Positions 17,738-24,958 of a stretch of DNA of 63,883 nt are shown here, piece after piece. The translations under genes were made by a program, and so were the position numbers. This stretch comes from Candidatus Enterousia sp. (GTDB lineage: Bacteria > Pseudomonadota > Alphaproteobacteria > Rs-D84). The DNA lies in assembly GCA_045586565.1 (NCBI GenBank), contig JAZNAO010000023.1:1-63883 (forward strand), given 5' to 3'. A model generated the notes under the pieces. The model had not been told where the DNA came from. It worked only from the letters and a program-made list of their open reading frames with translations, and ran no database searches. Numbering within the stretch: position 1 is the first letter of the stretch; the number at the start of each line of letters is the position of its first letter.

Positions 17738-18376
17738 ATGAAAGCCAAAGCCAGCGCAACCGCACAAAGACTGTTAAATCTGTACCGCCAAGAACATGTG
17801 ATTGTCGGCGGGTGGGCAGTAATCAATCCGATATTTGTTGCAGATGCGTCTGATGATGTTATCGCAGAATTGCGCGACAAACCGAACGGTAACACGTTGA
17901 TAAAACATATCGAGAATCTGCGCAGTGGTAAAACACCAATGGATTCAATTGAACGTGAGCTGTTACCATATGGTGGTATGATGACAGAAGAAATTGCATC
18001 TATTACGTTGACACCGGCACAATGGCAAGAATTGACACAGGGAATTGAAAACTTTACCCCAGATCAAGCAGGATTGGATGTATTTCAGGCTTTAAACGTT
18101 GTTCGCACATTTGGTGCGGAATGGCCCGTAGCAATTCGTGCTGCATTATCAGCGCGTCCACAATTACTGGACAAATGGAATGTTATAAACCAAACGTATA
18201 ATGCATATAGACTGTGGAATACAGCACACGAAGTTATCGCAAACCCATTGTCGGAACGTGTCCGCGCCCAGGTCCAAGCAGATATGCCAGAATATGAAAC
18301 ATACCTGCCGATGTTTGGAAACGCGGGGGCGGAACTGTTGACCAAATTACGAACATTTGTCAGCAGTTTAAACTAA
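17738..18376 (+). CDS. hypothetical protein (212 aa)
   Basis: Clean ORF with GGAGAGAG RBS. I recognise no family. Its stop codon overlaps the stop of the convergent terminase N-half. Confidence 0.55.
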   Translation: MKAKASATAQRLLNLYRQEHVIVGGWAVINPIFVADASDDVIAELRDKPNGNTLIKHIENLRSGKTPMDSIERELLPYGGMMTEEIASITLTPAQWQELTQGIENFTPDQAGLDVFQALNVVRTFGAEWPVAIRAALSARPQLLDKWNVINQTYNAYRLWNTAHEVIANPLSERVRAQVQADMPEYETYLPMFGNAGAELLTKLRTFVSSLN

Positions 18377-18990
18377 TCTAATTTGTTTGTGCGATATATC
18401 GTATCGTGCGTGTGTGGCGTTCCAATGTATATCATTGCACCAGATGGCGATAGTATAAAATCCAATTCACGCAACCTTTCCCGTAATGCCGCGCGTTTTT
18501 GTGCTGTGTTTGATGTATTTGGCACTTCGACATCATCGCATAATATTAAATCTGCGCGCATGCCTGTGATATTGCCATGAATCCCCTGACAAATAACAGA
18601 CGGTTCACGTATACCGATGGGGCGATTGATTGTAATACGCCCAGACGCCCATTCTTTTTTATTCTTTGGAATCATATCTGTGCACCATGGATGATTTTCC
18701 AAAATATGCCGAATATGCCCAACCATACGGGTGGCCAAACCGTTTTCAGCTGATAAAATCAATATCCGTGTTTGGGGACGCAGGTATAACACACATGCGG
18801 CAAAAATCCCAACCACTGTGGATTTCCCAGAATGACGAAATGCCATCAACAAACCACGCCCCGGTGCATCAGAAAATATTTCAACCAGAAATTTCATTAT
18901 TTGGTAATGATGTGTGGGCGTTTTAAATCCTAAGACACGATTCCATTGATCTAAAAAAGTATTAAATTGTGTAATCATATTATTCCACAA
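18373..18990 (-). CDS. large terminase, N-terminal (ATPase) half of a split gene
   Basis: Aligns to T7 gp19. LLMAFRHSGKST matches ILQAFRGIGKSF (Walker A), ILILSAE matches ILIVSAS, RADLILCDDVEVPNTSNT matches RADIIIADDVEIPSNSAT (Walker B), and IYIGTPHTHDTIY matches [13 protein letters not shown]. It stops 6 codons later. Confidence 0.85.
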   Translation of the reverse strand: MWNNMITQFNTFLDQWNRVLGFKTPTHHYQIMKFLVEIFSDAPGRGLLMAFRHSGKSTVVGIFAACVLYLRPQTRILILSAENGLATRMVGHIRHILENHPWCTDMIPKNKKEWASGRITINRPIGIREPSVICQGIHGNITGMRADLILCDDVEVPNTSNTAQKRAALRERLRELDFILSPSGAMIYIGTPHTHDTIYRTNKLD

Positions 18991-19327
18991 TATTATCTAA
19001 TCTGGACAGCAAAGATTTTAATAAATTAGGCTTTTTGACGCGTGTTCCTTTTAACTTTTTCAGATTTTCGGCACTCTTTTTCTGATAAGGCATTGCAGTT
19101 TCTGATTGCAAGCGTTTTAATACCGCACCTTCGGTAATACCATTGCCAGACATCCCAAAAGCACCATATTTTGCACGCTGGGTTGCCAAAACTTTTTTAA
19201 TCAGATTTGTTTTTTCGGCATTATCTGCGGCCATTTGTGCCAAGATTTCTTTGCGTTCTGATTTTGCCGCTTTTTTACTGTCTTTGTAATCCAATATTTC
19301 TGTTACATCTGATACTAATTGTCCCAT
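18980..19327 (-). CDS. hypothetical phage protein (116 aa), possible small terminase by position only
   Basis: AAGGAAA RBS. Lys-rich and helical. Its 3' end overlaps the terL-N start by 11 nt. No family recognised. Confidence 0.45.
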   Translation of the reverse strand: MGQLVSDVTEILDYKDSKKAAKSERKEILAQMAADNAEKTNLIKKVLATQRAKYGAFGMSGNGITEGAVLKRLQSETAMPYQKKSAENLKKLKGTRVKKPNLLKSLLSRLDNIVE

Positions 19328-19355
19328 TTGTTTTCCTTTTTTTTGATTAAAAATG

Positions 19356-21071
19356 CTATACAGAATACCAACCATGCACACCAACAGATAAAACAGTCAA
19401 AGGATATGGTTCGTTGCTGTCAATTGTCCAGGTTGGCATAGAACAGTTTGATTGCGTCCCCAAAATATTTATTGATACATCGCCAGAAAAACCTGGGGAC
19501 GATATATCGTAAACATCATTGGGCAACGTAACACGTTTCCCATTTATATTTATAAACTTTGTGTTCATAATACGGGCAACAATACGATGTAATTTGATGT
19601 ATCGTGGAATATGACCTGACGCAATCATTGGAATGCCTGATGCGACACATGTGAAATCATATTTATCTGCATCACGCATTGTATCTGAATCAAAGTATTC
19701 CAAGAATATACCATCTGACCGATGGACAACAACATACGTCTGGTCATTGGATATACCAACTGAAATAAACTGACCATTGGTAGAATATCTTGCCCACGCA
19801 GAAATCCCCAGCGGAGAATTCTGATTCAGAACTGCCATATTGCCATCCATACCCACAACGTATAAACGACATAATGTATCATTATATGCAATATCCATCG
19901 GTGTATTCAGTATATGTTTCGCAAATGCGCACAAATCATTGGCATTATATTTTTCACCCAAATCATCTAAACCCAGTTCACGAATATCACGACCGTTTGA
20001 CGACACAAATATTGTTGCGCCTTTGATAGTCTGGGGTGGCAGATATCGTGACGAATACGATCCAACAGATGTATGTTGCCGTATATCAACATTCGATGGG
20101 GTTAAAGGCTTGCTGGATATTGCCCATTCACCGACATTTGTTAGTATTTGCAGATTATCACTGCTGACCACGGTACAGATTTGTTGACGATGTTGCGATA
20201 ATAATGAAACAAAAATCGCTTCGTCGTCCAAACCTGTCCCTGGGGCAAATGTAGTATGTTTCCCAACCTGGGATATCCATATACCAGACGGGTAATCACG
20301 TGACCCACCAAATATCAGTCGGTTTTGATGAAACGTTATACTGCGTGGCCAACCACGACGTGCGCTGAACGCTGCTTCTTGCCAATCGCTTATGGGTTCT
20401 GACGGTGTTTTATATGAACTATTTGTATGTGCAACAACCTGGGTCGGATTGATGTATTCTGTAATAACCCACTGTTGTTCCAATAAATACAATCGTGTGT
20501 TTACATTTTCTGGGGTCCAAAAATTCTGGTTGGTTGTTAGTGTGGCAAAATTATTGCCTTTGTCATTTATTGTAACTGTAATAGTTATTCCATCAGTATC
20601 TTCAAATTTCACAAATGGTATATTTGATGTCATATCATTGTCATTACGCGAAAAGTCAAAATCTGACATGCAGAACCCCTGTGACGTCTTGGACAAACAG
20701 ACAGGTCTGTAATCAGGGTGAACAAATATCATTGTTCCAAAACGTTGTGCGTATTGCAGATTCGACAAATCATCATATGACCATGGTGTGATTAAATCCT
20801 GGTATTTTTCATTGTCGTAATATATATACATATGATAATTAGTTAGGGCAATTAAATATTCTGTGCCATCAGATACAGACATAGAAATCAAGCGGGCATT
20901 ACCAGGTAATCGCGCCACTGATTTTAGGCCGCAACGCCGTGTTATACCCCCACCTGCTAAAACATCCATATTTTCTAGTTTTGACAAACCGTGTATATTA
21001 TCGTTTGTATAAAATTCTGGCGCAATTTCACCAGATGCAAATGTATTTTGCGTTTTAATAAAGTTAGACAT
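19356..21071 (-). CDS. tail tubular protein B (T7 gp12-like nozzle)
   Basis: The N-terminal SGEIAPEF...LENMDVLAGGGITRRCG resembles gp12 GGISQQPD...vNGwss..eGLQKRPP. ITFHQNRLIFGGS..GIWISQ matches gp12 VFFFRNRLGFLSGENIILSR. At 572 aa it is shorter than T7 gp12. Confidence 0.68.
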   Translation of the reverse strand: MSNFIKTQNTFASGEIAPEFYTNDNIHGLSKLENMDVLAGGGITRRCGLKSVARLPGNARLISMSVSDGTEYLIALTNYHMYIYYDNEKYQDLITPWSYDDLSNLQYAQRFGTMIFVHPDYRPVCLSKTSQGFCMSDFDFSRNDNDMTSNIPFVKFEDTDGITITVTINDKGNNFATLTTNQNFWTPENVNTRLYLLEQQWVITEYINPTQVVAHTNSSYKTPSEPISDWQEAAFSARRGWPRSITFHQNRLIFGGSRDYPSGIWISQVGKHTTFAPGTGLDDEAIFVSLLSQHRQQICTVVSSDNLQILTNVGEWAISSKPLTPSNVDIRQHTSVGSYSSRYLPPQTIKGATIFVSSNGRDIRELGLDDLGEKYNANDLCAFAKHILNTPMDIAYNDTLCRLYVVGMDGNMAVLNQNSPLGISAWARYSTNGQFISVGISNDQTYVVVHRSDGIFLEYFDSDTMRDADKYDFTCVASGIPMIASGHIPRYIKLHRIVARIMNTKFININGKRVTLPNDVYDISSPGFSGDVSINILGTQSNCSMPTWTIDSNEPYPLTVLSVGVHGWYSV

Positions 21072-21088
21072 TGCAAATCCCCCAGAAA

Positions 21089-21607
21089 TTAAAATCGATT
21101 GGTAATCAATGAAAAATCTTGCAATGCATCTGATGCAGATGTTGTACTGTCTATGAATTTGGCCGTTTGCAGTTCTGATTCGAACAGGGCCGCCAACATA
21201 CGAAACACCGATTGATTCCCGGTTAGAGGGATACAAAATTCCATTGCCAAACGTGTGGCAACCAACGATACAAAATATCCAGGGAACGCATCTGGCGATG
21301 TTCGAACTAATGCAGTAATTGTTATATCTGATGCATCTGAAATAATACGATTACCAATAATGCGACCATGTGTTTTTAATACACGTAAAACATTTGATGG
21401 AATCAGAAAATCACCATCAGCATTGCGCATCAGCGAAATTTCTTGGGTCGCAAAACGCCATGGATGTAGTGATAACAATGTATCTGTTACAGAATCATAC
21501 AATGTTCGTGCCAATTGTGACGTGGCAGAATCATCCGTAAAAGACTGAATTGGTGATTCCCCCAATTTTAACAATGCCATTGAACATAAATCTATCTTGG
21601 AAAGCAT
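21089..21607 (-). CDS. tail tubular protein A / adaptor (T7 gp11-like)
   Basis: CSMALLKLGESPIQSFTDDSATSQLARTLYDSVTDTLLSLHPWRFA parallels T7 gp11 [46 protein letters not shown]. Size is similar at 172 aa. Confidence 0.68.
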   Translation of the reverse strand: MLSKIDLCSMALLKLGESPIQSFTDDSATSQLARTLYDSVTDTLLSLHPWRFATQEISLMRNADGDFLIPSNVLRVLKTHGRIIGNRIISDASDITITALVRTSPDAFPGYFVSLVATRLAMEFCIPLTGNQSVFRMLAALFESELQTAKFIDSTTSASDALQDFSLITNRF

Positions 21608-21628
21608 TTTTGCACCTTTTGGTTATAT

Positions 21629-21661
21629 AAAAAAATTTGGGCGACAAAACATATCGCCCAA
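21629..21661 (-). terminator. rho-independent terminator after the capsid/76-aa unit
   Basis: On the minus strand: ttgggcga-tatgttttg-tcgcccaa followed by a T7 run. This is analogous to the T7 T-phi position downstream of the capsid gene. Confidence 0.7.
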
Positions 21662-21678
21662 TTATGAATTCGAATAAT

Positions 21679-21909
21679 TTATGCCAACGCAACGGTTGTA
21701 ACATTTAATTCTGTGATATTGATTTTTTTTATCGCAGTATTATCAGATGCATTCATTATAATAATATCGCCAATATTCATCAATGTTTTAACGTCATTAA
21801 AATATCCATTGGATGTAATTGTTGACAATGTTTCATTTGCACTGTAATGCCACAATGTAAATCCATTCGCATATGCGATAACAGACAAATTTTTATTCTG
21901 GAATGCCAT
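21679..21909 (-). CDS. small phage protein (76 aa) downstream of capsid
   Basis: Intact ORF with an AAGGAAAAA-type RBS, 40 nt after the capsid stop. No family recognised. Confidence 0.5.
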   Translation of the reverse strand: MAFQNKNLSVIAYANGFTLWHYSANETLSTITSNGYFNDVKTLMNIGDIIIMNASDNTAIKKINITELNVTTVALA

Positions 21910-21949
21910 GTGTTTTTCCTTTTGGTTTATGGGTTATTTAAATTGTGAT

Positions 21950-22771
21950 TTATTGTGCATCAGAACATTTGACACGAACAATACCATCACCATCAATCAA
22001 AACAGCGCCTTGGGACATACTGTTGCTGATAAAGTGTGCAGCACGTTCACCATGCCATGAAATATCTGTTTTGACTTCTTGGCCACATGCGTGACCAATA
22101 CTGGACGCGTGATAAATAAAGCAATCGCGTTTGTCGCCATCTGATGGCAAACCGTTGTACAGAACCCATGTGATACCCAACCATTTGCGGGCTTCGGCAC
22201 CGTTTAACAAAGGCAACGAATCACCAACATAATCAGCAGATACAAATTCGTCCATTGATAACAATTCATTCCATTGACGCACACCAACAACCGCAAAACG
22301 TCGACCGTCGTCCGGAACATCGTTTGTGTTTAAAACTTCTAATGCAGACAGAACCAAATCTTTGGTCATACCTGTGCTGTAATCACCAACTGTGGCAGTC
22401 GCAGCATTCATTGCAGACACAATCAATTCATCTGTTTTGCGTCCCAACGCATATGCGCCGGCAGATGCAACAACGCGACGTTCATCAACGTTTGTTTTTA
22501 ATTCGTCCAACGCATCAACCCAATCGCCCGCATAGTAATCCTGTAACAGGCATTCTACGGGTTCGTGATTTAGATTCATCACCGGAACAATACCGTGACG
22601 TGATTTTGTGCTGGCCATGCCACGACCAACCTTTTGGAAAGTGGTCGACGCACCAACAACACCAGATTTACTGCGAATTGTCGAACGCAGTTTTGTGCCC
22701 ATTTGCTGATATGCCAAATGAACATCGGCTTCGAATTGTTTCACAAATACATTATCTATGGAAACAGACAT
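21950..22771 (-). CDS. major capsid protein (T7 gp10-like)
   Basis: VFVKQFEADVHLAYQQ...TFQKVGRG parallels gp10 LFLKVFGGEVLTAFAR...QFPVLGRT. It follows the scaffold gene. AAAGGA RBS precedes the Met at 22771, so the ORF-track start at 22846 is probably too long. Confidence 0.72.
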   Translation of the reverse strand: MSVSIDNVFVKQFEADVHLAYQQMGTKLRSTIRSKSGVVGASTTFQKVGRGMASTKSRHGIVPVMNLNHEPVECLLQDYYAGDWVDALDELKTNVDERRVVASAGAYALGRKTDELIVSAMNAATATVGDYSTGMTKDLVLSALEVLNTNDVPDDGRRFAVVGVRQWNELLSMDEFVSADYVGDSLPLLNGAEARKWLGITWVLYNGLPSDGDKRDCFIYHASSIGHACGQEVKTDISWHGERAAHFISNSMSQGAVLIDGDGIVRVKCSDAQ

Positions 22772-22902
22772 ATAAAAATCCTTTGGTTTACAAATTGATA
22801 TTGATGTGAAAAACACATCACCAAATTTTGTGTTTTGGTTATGCATATAAAATGCGCCATAAATACAAAAAAAAATTTAGGGTCCGAATAATTCGGATTA
22901 TC

Positions 22903-22974
22903 CAAAAAAAATATCAGTCAGACTGTATATATCATCTGACTGATACTTTTAAAAATCCCCGCGAATGCGGGGAT
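22903..22974 (-). terminator. tandem rho-independent terminators after the Lys-rich gene
   Basis: On the minus strand: atccccgc-attc-gcggggat + tttt (22974..22947). Then an 11-bp-arm hairpin tatcagtcaga-N12-tctgactgata followed by T8 (22945..22903). Confidence 0.65.
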
Positions 22975-22978
22975 TATA

Positions 22979-23425
22979 TTATTTTTTCTTTACTGCTTTT
23001 TTTGCCGGTGCTTTTTTTGCAACTGGTTTTTTAACCGCTGCTTTTTTTGCCGGTGCTTTTTTTGCAACTGGTTTTTTAACCGCTACTTTCTTTGCAGGTG
23101 CTTTTTTTGCAACTGGTTTTTTAACAGCTACTTTCTTTGCAGGTGCTTTTTTTGCAACTGGTTTTTTTACCGCTACTTTTTTTGCAGGGGCTTTTTTTGC
23201 AACCGGTTTTTTTACCGCTACTTTTTTTGCAGGTGCTTTTTTTGCAACCGGTTTTTTAACCGCTACTTTTTTCGCTGCAGGTTTTGCAACAGGTTTCGCA
23301 GCCGCTTTCTTGGCAGGGGCTTTTTTTGCAACCGGTTTTTTAACCGCTACTTTTTTCGCTGCAGGTTTTGCAACAGGTTTCGCAGCCGCTTTCTTGGCAG
23401 CAGATTTTTTAAACAAGAATGCCAT
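22979..23425 (-). CDS. histone H1-like Lys/Ala/Pro-repeat basic protein (148 aa)
   Basis: Sequence [12 protein letters not shown]([28 protein letters not shown])n. AAGGAGAG RBS, with its own promoter and terminators. The + strand ORF 22965..23444 is its mirror artefact. Confidence 0.8.
   Translation of the reverse strand: MAFLFKKSAAKKAAAKPVAKPAAKKVAVKKPVAKKAPAKKAAAKPVAKPAAKKVAVKKPVAKKAPAKKVAVKKPVAKKAPAKKVAVKKPVAKKAPAKKVAVKKPVAKKAPAKKVAVKKPVAKKAPAKKAAVKKPVAKKAPAKKAVKKK
22990..23400. repeat. in-frame tandem repeats (45-bp unit x ~5, 84-bp unit x 2)
   Basis: ctttctttgcaggtgctttttttgcaactggttttttaacagcta-type 45-bp unit (= [15 protein letters not shown]). An 84-bp unit is repeated at 23261 and 23345. 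Confidence 0.85.
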
Positions 23426-23482
23426 TCTTTCTCTCCTTACTTAAGTTTTGGATAGAACAAATCCGTTTTGTTCTTGATATGT

Positions 23483-23511
23483 ATTTTATCGTAAATACAA
23501 AACTTAGTAAA
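23483..23511 (-). promoter_or_regulatory. candidate promoter of the Lys-rich gene
   Basis: On the minus strand: TTTACT, 17 nt spacer, TAAAAT. Lies in the gap between the scaffold stop and the Lys-rich gene. Confidence 0.45.
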
Positions 23512-23531
23512 GTAGAAAGTGTATTTTTTTA

Positions 23532-24188
23532 TTACGAATATAATTTTTTAAAACCATTTTCTATTTTTCGAATGTATTCTGTATCTTTGTCACGCCAATA
23601 TTTTGGGTCACGCATCATACGACGCAAATCTGCATCTGTTAAATTTTTTATGTCAACAGAATTTATTTCAACACTGGGTTCCATTGACTGCATCATCTTA
23701 TACACACTTTGAATTCCCTGGGGTGTAGCGCACAAAGCATCAAATGCATCTTGTGGTAAAAATTTTTCACCGAATGTATTTATTGCATTTAATGCATCTG
23801 TCATTTTTTCATTACCACCAAAAAAATTTTTTAATTCATTTATTGCATTTGTTTCATTTTGTACGGAATATAATTCAGATATCACAGGAGATAAAAATTC
23901 ATTTGCAATATCATAAATTTTTTCAACCTGGGATACAGTTAATCCAATTTCTAAAAATTTATCACGCAACTTTTCATCATTATATAATTCGTGTGTTGGA
24001 TATTCCGATGCATTTTCTGGAACACCAATTGCACGATTAAATTTTCGACGCGTATCTGCATCAGAATCAGCACCTGGAACAGATATCATTGTGCCAATCT
24101 TTTTTTCTAGTTCTGTATACGATTTTACTAATGCATCTGCATTTAACGTGCCATCACTGTTTTGAAATTTTTCTGGTATATTATCCAT
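23532..24188 (-). CDS. capsid scaffolding protein (T7 gp9-like)
   Basis: The C-terminal LRRMMRDPKYWRDKDTEYIRKIENGF matches T7 gp9 MIKAMSDPRYRTDANYRRQVEQKV. Acidic, helical protein sitting just upstream of the capsid gene. Confidence 0.78.
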   Translation of the reverse strand: MDNIPEKFQNSDGTLNADALVKSYTELEKKIGTMISVPGADSDADTRRKFNRAIGVPENASEYPTHELYNDEKLRDKFLEIGLTVSQVEKIYDIANEFLSPVISELYSVQNETNAINELKNFFGGNEKMTDALNAINTFGEKFLPQDAFDALCATPQGIQSVYKMMQSMEPSVEINSVDIKNLTDADLRRMMRDPKYWRDKDTEYIRKIENGFKKLYS

Positions 24189-24379
24189 TATTGTTTTCCT
24201 TTGGTTTCATTAGATTTGCGTAAAAAATAAATTCCAGCCAACGTAAATATTGTTTGCAACATAGTGAATATATCTGTATCACCCACCAGGTATGCCGCCA
24301 CTGCAGATAATATCCCTGTCGCAGAAATTATATATGTTCTGTATCCGGTCAGATATCCACCCTTGATTATTCTTTTCAT
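24188..24379 (-). CDS. holin-like two-TM small protein (63 aa)
   Basis: Two hydrophobic helices and a charged C-terminus (RKSNETKGKQ). Lies between the lysin and scaffold genes, with ATG overlapping the scaffold start region. Confidence 0.5.
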   Translation of the reverse strand: MKRIIKGGYLTGYRTYIISATGILSAVAAYLVGDTDIFTMLQTIFTLAGIYFLRKSNETKGKQ

Positions 24380-24388
24380 GTTGATTAC

Positions 24389-24799
24389 CTATCTGTAAAA
24401 CAATACGCCATCAATATCTGCAATATAACCACGTGCAGTTGCCCAATCTGGTATAACATCATCATTATGAAAACGCGTTGCGCCGAAACATACATCTGGC
24501 AAATTTCCTGTCAACATACGTTGGGCGGTACGTACACACATTTGAAAACCACGATCATTTGCAGGAACATTTAATTTGATGTGGTTTGTAGCGTTATCAG
24601 ATAATACATCAAAAATTTTAATATCTTGTATAATATCTTTATAGGCGACATTATATGTTTTGGATATATTATCAATCATTGATGTCATTGCTTCGACCAG
24701 ATGCAGTGATGCACCACCTGTCTGTGCATATACAACACGTGCAATTTTATATGCCAACGATGCGGATGTATCCGAATTTTTGATAAGTGTCATTTGCAT
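24389..24799 (-). CDS. SleB/CwlJ-family cell wall hydrolase (lysin)
   Basis: ARVVYAQTGGASL...AMTSMIDN...GATRFHNDDVIPDWA resembles the Hydrolase_2 (SleB) pattern. GGGAGAG RBS precedes the Met at 24799. Confidence 0.6.
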   Translation of the reverse strand: MQMTLIKNSDTSASLAYKIARVVYAQTGGASLHLVEAMTSMIDNISKTYNVAYKDIIQDIKIFDVLSDNATNHIKLNVPANDRGFQMCVRTAQRMLTGNLPDVCFGATRFHNDDVIPDWATARGYIADIDGVLFYR

Positions 24800-24816
24800 G
24801 ATTATCTCTCCCAAAC

Positions 24817-24867
24817 AAAAAACCACGCAAATGCGTGGCAATAAAAAAACCACAACCAATGTTGTGG
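24817..24867 (-). terminator. two tandem rho-independent terminators
   Basis: On the minus strand: ccacaacattggttgtgg + T7 (24867..24843), and ccacgcatttgcgtgg + T6 (24838..24817). Both lie downstream of birA and immediately upstream of the lysin RBS. Confidence 0.75.
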
Positions 24868-24894
24868 ACAGTATTTGTGCTGTTGATGCATTAT

Positions 24895-24923
24895 ATATTA
24901 GCACATTTGTATACAAAAGTCAA
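24895..24923 (-). promoter_or_regulatory. sigma70-like promoter upstream of the tandem terminators
   Basis: On the minus strand: TTGACT (24923..24918), 17 nt spacer, TAATAT (24900..24895). Confidence 0.5.
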
Positions 24924-24958
24924 GAACAAAATGCATAAACCGCAGTTTTTCAATATTT

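Noticed and set aside
15000-18400. Target-site duplication or inverted repeats at the ends of the dnaB cassette
   Set aside because: I compared 15000..15075 with 18340..18400 on both strands and saw no convincing repeat. The mobility mechanism is therefore unknown and none is claimed.
22990-23400. Regular tandem repeats that could look like a CRISPR array
   Set aside because: The units (45 and 84 bp) are contiguous with no unique spacers. They are in-frame multiples of 3 and encode the [12 protein letters not shown] protein.
22965-23444. 159-aa + strand ORF ([11 protein letters not shown] repeats)
   Set aside because: It is the antisense mirror of the Lys/Ala/Pro repeat gene. It has no RBS, and the minus-strand frame has an RBS, promoter and terminators.
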